From the NCBI GenBank assembly GCA_021613535.1, contig CP075496.1, positions 12,958,001-13,022,000 of the forward strand: a stretch of 64,000 nucleotides of DNA. Direction: 5' to 3'. The translations under genes and the position numbers were made by a program. This DNA is from Adineta vaga. Its lineage: Eukaryota > Animalia > Rotifera. Positions 1 to 12,352 of this stretch are shown piece after piece. The first letter of the stretch is position 1. Every line of letters starts with the position of its first letter. The notes beneath the pieces are model-generated. The model was not told where the DNA came from and did no database searches. It saw only the letters and a list, made by a program, of their open reading frames with translations.

Positions 1-494
1 ACGTCGACGAGTTCGTTTTTGTAAATAACGTAAAGGATAAACAACAGCCCAATAACGATCAAGACTGAGTAGAACAAGATTAAATATGCTAGCAGTACTA
101 GAAACAAATGACATTTTCTTTTTCTTTATTTTGAAACATATCTTTAGAATCTGAGAATATACCTCGCAACATAATCAATTGATAACCACATCTGACATAT
201 CGCAGATGAGAATGGCCATCGACCAGTGATAATATTTGCAGCATTTAAAGGCATAACAAAAAGGCCGACAGCTAAATCGGCTATTGCTAAACTTAATATG
301 AATAAATTTGAAACAGTTCGAAGATATTTTTCTGTTTGAATAGCATAAAGTACGAGAATATTACCACAAACCGTAAATACAGATAAACTTGAAAGTACAC
401 AACCCAGAATAATTTTTTGTAGTAATTCTTCGACGAAAATTGTCGAATTAGTCGAATGAATTAATGAAACTTGAAGCGTCTCATTCATACTCAT
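1..494 (-). CDS. Biogenic-amine (histamine H1-like) class A GPCR, 5' part; runs off the window start
   Basis: Exon 494-163, intron 162-98 (GT..AG), exon 97-1. Spliced protein has GNILV (TM1), LAIADL (TM2), and TM3 DYVASTASIFNLVLLSLDRYWAV with the amine-binding Asp and DRY motif. Confidence 0.9.
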
Positions 495-2662
495 TTATCA
501 AAACTAATCTTATATGTTATCATTTGTCATTCATCAATCTGAATTTAACAAGAAGAAGTAAGTCAAATTAACAAAAAAAAAATAATTAATCTTTTTCTTT
601 TTTTTTCTCTAAAATAAAACAAAAAAACCCCCACATGATGAAATTTTTATCATGCTGCTTATAATCCAGTTAAACTGAAAGAGAAAAACAGAAAGCAGAA
701 CGAGAAATGTCAACCATCATCTAATTTCATTTGACATCCAAAGCTAGATTCATATAAGCATGTTTATCAGAATAAGAAAAGACATGCATGCTCATTCTCA
801 GTGGAATAAATTGTGAAATATGTTCTCTATCAAGGCACCAGGTGTTAAAAACGAAAGGAAAATCTATTTTTATGAAGAAATAAAAGTAATACAATACGGA
901 TGATGAACGGCAAAACATCGAGTAATCTTCTTCATTGATTTCAAGACAAGAAAGAGAAAGACTTCGGTATTATAGTCATCGATAGTCAATTGTTTCTAGT
1001 GATGATACTACCATGTCATTATATTGCTATTGGAAAGATGACAGTGAAATGAAAACAAGTGACATTGATAAAAAAAAGAAGAGAGACATAGAAGGGAAAA
1101 AGAAGAATCGCAAGTATAATTGGTGGTGAATAAGAATAAGAAAACATTTGACATGGAGAGCTAGAAACGGATTGTGACAAGTTTTCTTTCATTTTTCTCA
1201 TTTCCGATATCATTGAGACTTGTTTTGAGTCAGTTTCCCTTCATACATTGTTTCATGAAAATATTTTCTTCGAAACGGAATAACTACGATTTGAATGATC
1301 AATATTTTCGAACAGATTGAAAATTTCTCTCTTTAAAAAAACCCACCAAACTTCTTCTTTTCAGCTACATTTGATCATATCTATTCACATTTTCTAATTC
1401 TCTTGACAGACTTACTGATTTGTGTTATTATCATCGTATATGAACTGACATGCTTGTCATGTATCTCCGATCTAACTCGTTCGCGTCTTCTAAAAAAAGA
1501 TCATTAAGCTATCATAAAAAAGTAAGTAAAACATGTCTCAAATCTTCTACAATTGTCACCATTCTATTAGGAAAGTATGACGTCTAAAAATGCATTCTTA
1601 ATATTATGTTGATTAAAACTTTTCTTAATCTGAAACTTATCTGACGGATTTTCTTTTTCTATTATCACACAAAGATATTGTTGTTATGAAAAAAGAAAAG
1701 AATGAGAAATCATTGTAGCAAAAATTTTGAAAAGAAAAGAAAAAGAGTCACCCATATGGTGCGTGCCATATACATGAATGATTCTCAGAAGTACTTTTCT
1801 ATTCAAATGTATATATATATATATATTTATATGAAATATACGAACATCATGATGGATTTTCTATGATCTATCACGCAATTGTAAGAACATTTAAATGATT
1901 ACGAATGTATGCTCGATTTTATTGTTATGTCATGATTTGATTTATAAGACTTCGAGAAATGTGTCGTTCGATTGTTTTCAAAGAAAGTAAAGTGCACTAT
2001 AATAAATGTACTTTAAATAACATTTCAGTTTAGTGCATAACTTGAGGCTAAATAGGAAATTATTTAGTTTTATTCAAAGAATAAGATTCAAATAGGTTTT
2101 ATTCACTAACTGATTTTGAAACAAAGAAAGTCAAAATGGATCATTCTACAATCTTATTAGAATCTTTCAATTAAACAAGAACAAAGAATAGTTCGAATAA
2201 TCACCATTCAGGAAAAAAAACTCTATACAGAATTTATTGCTTCACTTACTTTCTCCAATATATTAATAATAAGAACAAATCAATTAGTTTTCTAATAATC
2301 ACAAGTACGATGATATTAAACTGTTTCTTTTTTGTAAATAAATACAACTATATTTCTATGTTTGAGTCGAACTTGGTGAGAATTCGTATCTAATAATTGT
2401 AACTAAATCTTATATATTCCGTTCGTTGTCGAGTTCTTATCATCAATAAACAAAACATTCTTGAAGTTTTCCTTCATGTCTCTATATCTATTTCATGCTA
2501 CTTGTCACTAATAGCGCATAGCGGCCATTCGTTGTCGATATATTTTATCTGGAAGCACTAACTCATACAGCTAGATATATCTTTAATCGTATTAGAATGG
2601 CCGACGAGTATACAAGAAAAAGAATTAGACATAGAGACGAAAAAAGACTCTATCTATTGATT

Positions 2663-2666
<4 letters not shown>

Positions 2667-2741
<75 letters not shown>
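2667..2741. repeat. (AG)n microsatellite, about 37 units
   Basis: Directly visible perfect dinucleotide run. Confidence 0.98.
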
Positions 2742-2744
<3 letters not shown>

Positions 2745-3728
2745 AAATCTATTTGCTCTTCTGGTAAAATATGATAGAATCATTTTAATCAAATAAAATT
2801 ATATAAAAATCGGGAAATCTGAAGCATAAAAACGACTGTTTTCGATTTTTATTCTCGATCCGATCAGAAACTCATTCAAATAACAACAATCAACTCATCA
2901 ATAATCATTTATTTTCTATAGAAAACAAAACACTCATTGATATTCTTTCTTACTAATAGAAGAATACATGTGAAGAGTAGACATCAATAAAAAATTGCGA
3001 TCAGTTTCATTTTCATTCTAAAAACTAATTAAGCATAAAATAAACTATTCTAAATCTCAAGACTCTATTTAATTGTTCCTCTTTTGCACGCAAACTTTTC
3101 AAACTGACATCTAGTTACATGAAATTCATCCTACGAATAACATGCGATGAACTTCACATCTAACAAAATCTACATTGATCATAGAATATTTCGAAATGAA
3201 AACTATTATTAAGAAAAGACTTAGCATGTAAATATCTTTATTAATAGAAGATACTTAAGAAAAGAGTATGATATTGATACCATTTCTGTCTTATAGACAA
3301 ACATCACTTGTAGATCCTTACAATGCCATTCAAAGTTGTCAAATTCTAACAAATATTTTGTTTATACAATGTCTTAGTTGAAATCTGACAGTTCGTATAG
3401 ACGAGTTTTCATTGGTTAGTTTATATATATATATATGAAGATCTTAATTAGTTTGTCATTATCTTTAATCAATGTTTATCATAATATGAATATTATCTTG
3501 TTAATATGAGAATATAGAAATGATTATTTTAATATTCCTTACTCGAGAATAAATTATTTCCTTCTTCGATTTATTATCGTGCAAATCAGTTTGTTGATTG
3601 AATATATTGAGAATGATGTATATAATGAATTCATTTTTCTAAAGTATTGATTATTCATTGCAATTATCTTTCAAAAAAAGAGATGTTTTGCAATTAATAT
3701 GTAAAAACAAACAAATTGAGAACAATTT

Positions 3729-4685
3729 TTATGTATTTATATAGAGAGATTTTTCTGTTTTATTCAAAGGAATAGATGGATATGAATAACGACTAATAGG
3801 ATGATTATCTGTTAGTTTATTTTCATTGATTTGTATATCAGGTACAATATTTTGTATGGTTTTATTTGTTTGATAATATGGATAATTCATTGATTTTGTT
3901 TTGAGAAGATCATTTTTATATGTTGATTGACTATATCGATCATCCATATGATATGTAACATAAATAGTCCATAAACCTAATAAAAGACAAAGGCAACCGG
4001 ATATTATTTCTGAAATAAGTACAGGTATGAATGATAAAGCAGTTCGTGTAATGATTTTAACACAACCACGTTGTTCATCTTGATCAGTAAAAATCATTCG
4101 ATATTTTTCTTCACGATTACATTCAGCTGCTTGAGAATATTGCTTAGTCCATGTTGAATCTTGTGTCGTACAACAATCATTACTATTTTCAATTTTTAGT
4201 AATTCATCTCGTGCTGATGTTTCTATATTTTTATCATTGGAATTTCTTTTTTTCACTTTTTATTATAACTTACTATTTGAAATGATGAAATCCATAAGTA
4301 ATCGTTCGATATCAACCGGAAAATTATCGACAATATTCTGAATGAATCCAAGCATAATAACAGCAAGAACGATGAGACCAATACCTAAAATAATATTTGA
4401 AACAATCGATATGATCAACATTTCCGTTCGGCCATCGAGTAGAACAGCAATAAAAGCAAGAATAGATGAAAGACATACAATAATACTAATGATTATAGCA
4501 ATAATGGGAAATGATTTATTGATTTTATTTGTTACATAGTCACGTTTACGTTCACGATTTAATAAACTTGTATCACGTTGTAATCGATAGAGACTTAGAA
4601 TAAATGTTAGTGAAGCTGTAATAATTACCAAACAGCTTAAAGAATAGAGTATATAATGACTAGAGGTTTGTTTCAAGAGTGTCAT
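3729..4685 (-). CDS. Divergent tetraspanin-like 4-TM protein (2 exons, ~300 aa)
   Basis: The two listed ORFs are in frame; a 51-nt GTAAGT..TAG intron (4273-4223) removes the stops between them. Three N-terminal TM helices, a loop with CC..C..GC, then TM4. Confidence 0.65.
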
Positions 4686-5610
4686 TACATGGAAGATAAT
4701 TTACAAGAAATAAAAACGCGCGTAATTTATTAATGAAATTATAATGTAAAGATGAACTAATCAAGTATCCGCAAGGGATTTCCATAGAATTACTCAAGGT
4801 TTTAACCAAATCAGCTGAATACAGTTCTCCTTTTCTTTTCTTTTCTAAAGAAACTCATCATACGCTTTTTGACTGCAATCATTTCAAAGCATATTTATCA
4901 ACAATAAAAGATTTTCTTATTTCCGTTTTTCTTGAACTAGATAAGAAACAACAGTACTTAGAGAATTCATTCATGAATTTATTCGTTCGTATTTTCAATC
5001 TCGTATGATCATCATCAGCAATTGCATGCTTAAACAGAATGACACTTGATTAATCAATATAAGATAACAAAAAGAAACTCTTTGCTTCTTCTATAGTTTG
5101 AAATATTTGTTATTGGTTTTGTTTTTCCTTCTCTTCTTTTCTCTTTGTCATGCCATCCAATTGATTGAAGTTGTGGTTACAGCGTCAAGAGGATGACTTT
5201 CTCCTTTGAACGCTCAAGCGACAACATCGAGAATAGGGAACTAAAGAAGAAAAAAAAACTCTACGATAGCAACAAAGAAGAAAAGAAAAACGAATAGTTG
5301 TATGTTAGAATTATCATAATAGTTGTTGCACACATTCTCATTCCTTCAATGATGGGAACGTGCTTCTCGGATTTTCTTTTACAACTCGTCCGCTAGTAAT
5401 GAACTCTGAATTTATATATATATATGTGTATGTGTTTGTTGTAGGGTTTTTTCTCTCTCTCTGTCTTCCTCTTTTTCCTTTCTATCTGACTTTGACAAGA
5501 AAAATGAGAGCGAACATTTCAGTTATATCAACGATTGTTAGATTGTGTCCTTTTCCTTCCTTCAATCTTTCTTGCTCTTAGATCGAACAGATCGACATAA
5601 AAACTAACCA

Positions 5611-6023
5611 ATGGACAATAATTTTAGTGGTAAGAATAAATGAAAATTGTCAATGTTCATATTTCGAGTTTTGTTTTTTTTTTAGATCACACAGCAATGA
5701 CTCCAATCAATGAAAATATTTGTTTGAATGTTTGTACAACTACAGATGATTTCGATAAATTAAAACAAGGTTTAACATTACTTGAACAAGCGAAAACCTT
5801 TGATCATAATCGAGATTATTATGCAGCTATACGACATTATCGTGATGGTGTTGATTATATAATGGATGAATTTATGTCTCGTCCATGTGCGAATGATCAA
5901 TCGAAAGAATATCTTCGTTTAAAATGTCATAAAATATTAAATCGTGTTGATATTTTAAAAAAACTAATCAAACAACAAGAACACGAAACACTCCAGCAAG
6001 CGATGAATGTCGAAGAACAATAA
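5611..6023 (+). CDS. Small stand-alone MIT-domain protein
   Basis: ATG 5611, intron 5630-5685. LEQAKTFDHNRDYYAAIRHYRDGVDYIM...YLRLKCHKILNRVDILKK fits the MIT three-helix pattern. Confidence 0.8.
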
Positions 6024-6157
6024 ATATATATATATATATATATGTTTGTCTGATTTTCAAATAAACGAATGTGTTTTTGTCTTGTGTTTCTTTTTCTCTC
6101 TTTTCTCTTTCTTATTTTGATTTGTAGATGAAAGAAATCTAATGTAATTTTCATCGC

Positions 6158-6604
6158 ATGGATACAACACATATCTATGAAACATCTAATAAAATTCCCA
6201 TTGCAATACCATATCAATCTTCAATACAACTAGAAACATTGACACGAACAGACGAAGAAGAAAATAAATTTATTAGTCGAAATCAATTTCGTTCTGCATT
6301 TATTTTTAGTGGCCTATGGCTTTCATATTGTTGGTGGCTTTCCGAACGTTATCGATTTGATTTTGGTCAATATACAATTGTAATTCGTTTGTTATTTTGT
6401 ATTTTACATGTTTTAACTGTTTGGAAATTCTTTCAATATATGATGAGAATTGCATTTCGTTTCTATCGTTTCACACGACGATTACGTGCAAGTTTACCAC
6501 ATCATTTTATGATTATTGGTTTATCATTATTTCTATTTCTATTATTAACAATTGTTCTTAATTTTAAACAATTTCTACGAGAAGCTTTTGCAATTGTTGA
6601 TTAA
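6158..6604 (+). CDS. Hypothetical ~3-TM membrane protein, 148 aa
   Basis: ATG-initiated single-exon ORF with three hydrophobic segments; family not recognised. Confidence 0.6.
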   Translation: MDTTHIYETSNKIPIAIPYQSSIQLETLTRTDEEENKFISRNQFRSAFIFSGLWLSYCWWLSERYRFDFGQYTIVIRLLFCILHVLTVWKFFQYMMRIAFRFYRFTRRLRASLPHHFMIIGLSLFLFLLLTIVLNFKQFLREAFAIVD

Positions 6605-9600
6605 TATTTGTTGTATTCGGTGTTGACGTATTTTTTTTTCTTCTCTTGTCCCAAAAAATTAATTTATTTTTGTCTTGTTGTTAAGATTCATTGTTAAACA
6701 ACGATTGTGTTCGATATTTTATTATTCCAAAGAACAGACATCATTCTGTTATAGAATAGAAACAGTAAAATAAAATACATGAACTATCAAATGTATATTT
6801 ATCTCATTTGTGGATTAGTTTGATAATGATCACTTGTTTTTTTTTGTAAATTTCAAGGGATGAATGAAAATTCGACAGATCTTTGTATTTCTCAAGGCAA
6901 ACTGACATCCGATCGTTCTTTTTTGTTTCTCGTTAAGAAATCTGAACATATCGATAGAATTAGAATATCAAGCGTAATAAGTATATATGATTTCATGTCG
7001 ATCTTATCATATTAACCAATGATTGTGAAAGTTTTGCAATTTGACTTTTTCATACAAGACAAGAATATCTTCTTGCAATTTGACATTCGGATTCTATTAA
7101 AAACAAGAGATAACTTTAAGAACAAGAGAGAGAGAAAGAGAGAGAAAAAAATAGATCTATCTTTATGTTATAAGAAAAATCTACAACAAGAAAAGAATTA
7201 TAACACTTTGTATTTTAGATGAATCAATTAAGAATATTCAGTCGTCAATGTACTTGAAATGACAGGTAAATATCATCAAATTTGCATTTAATTTTCTTAT
7301 TAATAAATACTTAGATTTAAAAATTCTATTTGTACGGAAAACCGTAAGCGGTCAAAGGTTCAATTAGTTGCAGAATCGTACAAGTACAATCTGGATAATA
7401 ATTTCATAAAAGCGGCTGACAAATCAATCATTATGATTATAATAGAAAAAAAAGAACGACATATGAATATTCATGGCTTCTAACTTAATTAATAGGTGTT
7501 AGTTAAAAAATTTTGCGTTGTAAGAAAGAAGAATTGAATGCATGCACTGCCGCCATGCGACGTTTGCCAGCAGAGTATATATTTTAAGTTGAATAAATAT
7601 AACAGGAACATTATAGAAAAGAATCGAGAATAAATCGTAAAATAATTGTTTTTTTAATATAATTTTATTCATATATGGAAACAAAATTCAACTTTTTCGT
7701 GTAATTGTCAGAAAAGATTATTCTAATGTCGATTGGGTTTAGGTCAAGCAAGTGAGTACAATTCATAGTATATAAACTTATGATCTATAAAACAATCGGA
7801 GTAAGTTGATAGTCTGTTAAACAACGGCGTAGCACTTCAATACTTTAAATTCTGGAAGTAAGAGAAAGTACAATATCTTTGTTCGGTAAATCTAGCATCA
7901 AAAAGCTTTTTCTTCAAGTTTCTTTATCAAAAAAGCAAATTTTCTAATGCAAGAGGCAAAATTTTCCATCTCCTTTGATTTTAAATAATTTTGATTTTTG
8001 AGAGTTTGTATACATCTCATTTGTTTTTGCGATAAGAGATATCATGTCGATTTATGTTATAAATTGAATATACCAAACGTGTTTTACACGAGTCTATTCT
8101 AAAAATGTTCACTTTATAAATTATCAAAAAACCAATTTTCTTTTCCATTACTAATTCAACCATCGGATATTTCTTTTCTAAGAAGTTTCTTTAGGATTAA
8201 ATAAAAAGAATATAGTTCAGAATAGAATTTATTTTTAGTTGAAAACTCAATGATTTCAAAACAATTAGGATTTATAATTTTCCTTTTTTGTCTGATTATT
8301 GATTCACGATAATATAACGTACGAAGGAAATGTGTATAACAATCGAGATAAAAGTCATTACATCAAAATGAATTTTCCTTCAATTTTTATCATGAATGAT
8401 CCATTAAATGCCACTTTTCATGACATCTTTGAAAATTGTTTCTTTACATATGTCAAAAATCGACGTAAATTCTTTTTTATTATTCATTGAAATCATTTAG
8501 TATGATCGAAAAAGCAGATTGACTTTAATGAAGATTTTTATAAGCAGAAAGATGCTAAAAACAATTCTTTCAATGTTTAATTTTCTAAAGAAAACTTAAG
8601 AAATCATTCAGACGTTTCTTTTTTTTTTATTTTGTAGATATTTACAAAAATCATCACAATATTCATAAGTATACATTTAAAAATTCATTATGCACGTAAA
8701 AACGTTCTTGACGAAGTGTTTCAAACGGCAATTTTAGGTTTATTAACACTTAAAGAAATCATGATATGTTACAAAATACAAAGTATATTTGCGTGTTCTT
8801 TAAGTCTCACTACGAAAAAGTCGGTAAGATTTTTCTTTATGGAAATTTATTATTTGAATATGAATAGTCAATACTATATTATTCTATGAGAAAATACATG
8901 TAAATAGTAGGATTATAACGATATGTTTACTATTACAAGGACGTGTATTTGCATGACTAACGTTTATTCCGATGTTTTTAGATGAAAATGCATGATCTTA
9001 TCTTGGAGCATTCGTGACAATCTAATTTAATCCATTAACATTTCACAATACAATAAATATTTCATTCGAAATTAACTTTAATATAGAAATTCTATGATAA
9101 AAAGAATAGTTCTAATATCTATTCTTCATTTTTTTTCTGAAGAATAGTTTATTCGCGAGTTCTTATTCAGTTCATTTAATATCGACCTATATTCCAGATG
9201 ATTTTTTGAGAATTCAAATCTAAACATTTCTATAGCTTTGGATGTGATATAGTATAAGGGTAACACTAATTGATGACGCAGAAAAAATCCGTTAGGCTGT
9301 GCATGTTAAGGACAGAACATTATATCTTTTCTCAGAGAAAGGAGGACGTGTCTAAACATGCAATAAGGATGGGAATTACTTTTTATTTATTGCAATTAAA
9401 ACATCATTCAATGTATTCCATTTAATCACAGCTGTATTCTTCAATATTGTGAGTTCATATCAGAAAATATCAGCGTAAATTAATGAATTTCTCTTCTTCT
9501 TCGTATGACGAAATGTCAAGCGATATTTTTGTTTTATTAAGACTTCCGACAAAGTACATACATGTAATGCAAATAAAGAGGATTAAAACGCCTATGCATG

Positions 9601-10710
9601 CTTAAGAATGATCTATGCAACATTATATCGAAAGATCAAATATTTTCCGAAGTAATAGAAGATATTAGGATGAAATTGATCTCTAAAAATAACCTCGAAA
9701 ATATCCTTTTTGACCTTAAATTTTCTGTATTATTATGAATAAGAAGATGTTCATCATGAGATACTTGACAATAGAAAGATATAGTCTTGATAATCTTTTT
9801 TTCTTTATTTTCATTATCTAGAACATAATTCATCTTCAAGAAAATTTTTCAAACTAAGATCTTTCTTCGTCATGGGAATTTCTAATACTAACCAGATCAA
9901 ATATATTTTGAGTTCGTCTTTTCTTTCTGTTTATTTTCTTTGAAAAACAGTATATAACACTATAATCTATCATATTCAATTAACAATTTACTAAAAGTAT
10001 AAACAACAAATATTTCTGAAACTTATACTCAAGTAAGTTTTTTTCTTGTCAACTAATAATAAATCGAGACACGAGATAATAGTAAGGATATATATTTTTC
10101 AATCATCAGAAACTTATTAGCACTTTATTCATCAATCTCTCTCATTGATTGAATAGCGAAAGAAACTGACAATGCGGATTCCTAGTATGACTTCTATTCA
10201 ATTATCTGAATTAAAGCAAGTAGGATTCTTAATAAATTCTATTATTGCTGTAGTTATGTACTTAGTTCTTTTAACATCCTTTATTCGTTATCAAAATCGA
10301 TCACTTTGTTCAGTCTGTATAGATATGAAAAGGAAATAATGGAAACTTTATCGAATGATTTTCCCAAGAATGACTCTTCTATTGATCGATTAATATCCGG
10401 TTGAAAATAGTTTCATAGAATAAGAGAGAATATGATATATCGATTTTCTCTTTTGTTTTCATCGTAAGAATTTTCAAAAAATATCATATTGAATTCAAGT
10501 ATTTAGAGGAAAGTTTAGTCACCTTTTCTTTCTTACGATCAAATTGCATTTTCATAGTCGAAGAACTCAGTGATTTGTGTGATTAAAAAAGCAACAATTT
10601 TTCTTTTAAACTGTAAATCGAATATTAAAACAGAAATGTGAAGCATGTCATGACTTGGCTAAAAGAAACCCTGTTGTTTTCTGAAAAGAAAAGAACAGCA
10701 TGCTATCGAC

Positions 10711-10740
10711 AGAGAGAGAGAGAGAGAAAGAAAGAAAGAG
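10711..10740. repeat. (GA)n/(GAAA)n simple repeat
   Basis: Visible purine repeat upstream of the orphan GPCR. Confidence 0.85.
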
Positions 10741-11125
10741 GAAGAATAGAGTAACAAAAACAAGATAAATTCTTTTTCCTATATCATTTCTCTAGTTTAA
10801 CGCTTCGTAGATCTTTCGCTGTGAGAAAAACGACTTTGTGCAGTATGAATAGACATTCTTTAAGGATTATGTTTTATCTAAATATTTATTTTTAATTAAT
10901 CAGATATATGCATTTCATTGTTAATTTTTATCAAAGGTAAGACATGTCATGATAGATGAAAACAAAAAAGTGAAAATCGATGTTTGTTTTTCAATTGATA
11001 ATCTTTCTTTTGATATTTCAAACGCATTCTACATGTTATTAATAACATCTATTGTCTATTACATATTCTTTAATACTTATTGAAGATACAATTAGACTAT
11101 TGTTTATTTTCTTTTTCATTTCTAG

Positions 11126-12352
11126 ATGGATATGAATACAACGATGAGAAATCTCTCATTAGAAAATTATGATATACCTATAAAATATATTCGATCAAGT
11201 AATTTTCTTTTATCATGCACAGGTCTTTTGTTGAATTTCATTCTATTCATTATTCTTCTTTTTATTGGTCGACGACAATGTGCAACATATTTTTTATTAA
11301 TATTAATGACATTATGTGATTTATTATATTGTCTAGTTTATCTAAGTATTGTTTTAACAGTTGATCAATATATTAATTTGATTAATCATGAAATTCTTTG
11401 TCCATTATCATTCTTTTTAACACCATCTACTTTTACTGGTTCAACTCTACTTCTTCTTATTTGTCTTCTACATGTTTTGACAAATTATGTACGAAAATAT
11501 GATACCATCCTAGGACAAATAGGTGGACGTTTATCTGTTGTTTTCATTCTTGCATTTATTATTGTACGAGGTGTACTTGGTTCAACATCAATTGAATTAG
11601 TAATTCCCGATGAAAATGCAACCGATATACGTTATTGTACAATTGATATGAATACATCACCAATTGTAACAGCTGTTCAGAATATTAATCATATTTTTGC
11701 TGAAGTAACAGATATACTTGTTTATATAGGATGGATTATTGTCTTATTATTGTTTCTAATCAGTTCAATTTGTTGTAAAAAATCCTCTTTTTGTACTCAA
11801 ACAGATTCCAATATATCATCACTAATCAAACAATACCCATATGCATCATTATTAGTACAACAAAATCAACTTATTAATCAAGAACAAAATCCAATGAGTG
11901 TAACAGTTGAATTATCTGATATGTTGAATTTATCGAATGAACCTATTCTAACAAATAAACAACGACATCATGATGTTTCATTAATAATTCTTTCAATTAG
12001 TATCCTTTCAATTCTATTTTATCTCCCAATTATGATCAATAAATATTCTACGATGTATTTTGTCTATCGTGAACATGTTTTATTAACGGCTGAACAAACA
12101 TATTTTCTACAATTATTACAACATACTGCACATTTATTTTGTTTATCTATGAGATTTCTTCCTTATTTTGTATTTGATAAACGTATATCATTATTTCTTA
12201 ATCAATTAATTGGTTTTAAATATATGAAGAAGAATCCAAGACAGAAACGAAGAAAATGTCGATTTAAACAAAAATATATGTGTACCTGTCAATGTCATCG
12301 ACGATCACAAATCTTAGAATTCACGAATAACAATGACGATGATGAACAATAA
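11126..12352 (+). CDS. Divergent orphan rhodopsin-like 7-TM GPCR (single coding exon)
   Basis: 408 aa with seven hydrophobic segments, GLLLN (TM1), MTLCDLL (TM2), Cys at the top of TM3 and in ECL2 (RYC), FYLP (TM6). Probable 5'UTR intron 10937-11125. Confidence 0.8.
   Translation: MDMNTTMRNLSLENYDIPIKYIRSSNFLLSCTGLLLNFILFIILLFIGRRQCATYFLLILMTLCDLLYCLVYLSIVLTVDQYINLINHEILCPLSFFLTPSTFTGSTLLLLICLLHVLTNYVRKYDTILGQIGGRLSVVFILAFIIVRGVLGSTSIELVIPDENATDIRYCTIDMNTSPIVTAVQNINHIFAEVTDILVYIGWIIVLLLFLISSICCKKSSFCTQTDSNISSLIKQYPYASLLVQQNQLINQEQNPMSVTVELSDMLNLSNEPILTNKQRHHDVSLIILSISILSILFYLPIMINKYSTMYFVYREHVLLTAEQTYFLQLLQHTAHLFCLSMRFLPYFVFDKRISLFLNQLIGFKYMKKNPRQKRRKCRFKQKYMCTCQCHRRSQILEFTNNNDDDEQ

Noticed and set aside
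4257-4265. In-frame TAA TAA between two ORFs as stop read-through or a pseudogene
   Set aside because: A canonical 51-nt GTAAGT..TAG intron removes both stops.
6700-10700. Several short ORFs in the gene-poor region
   Set aside because: AT-driven Ile/Phe/Lys/Asn composition, no motifs, no consistent exon chain.
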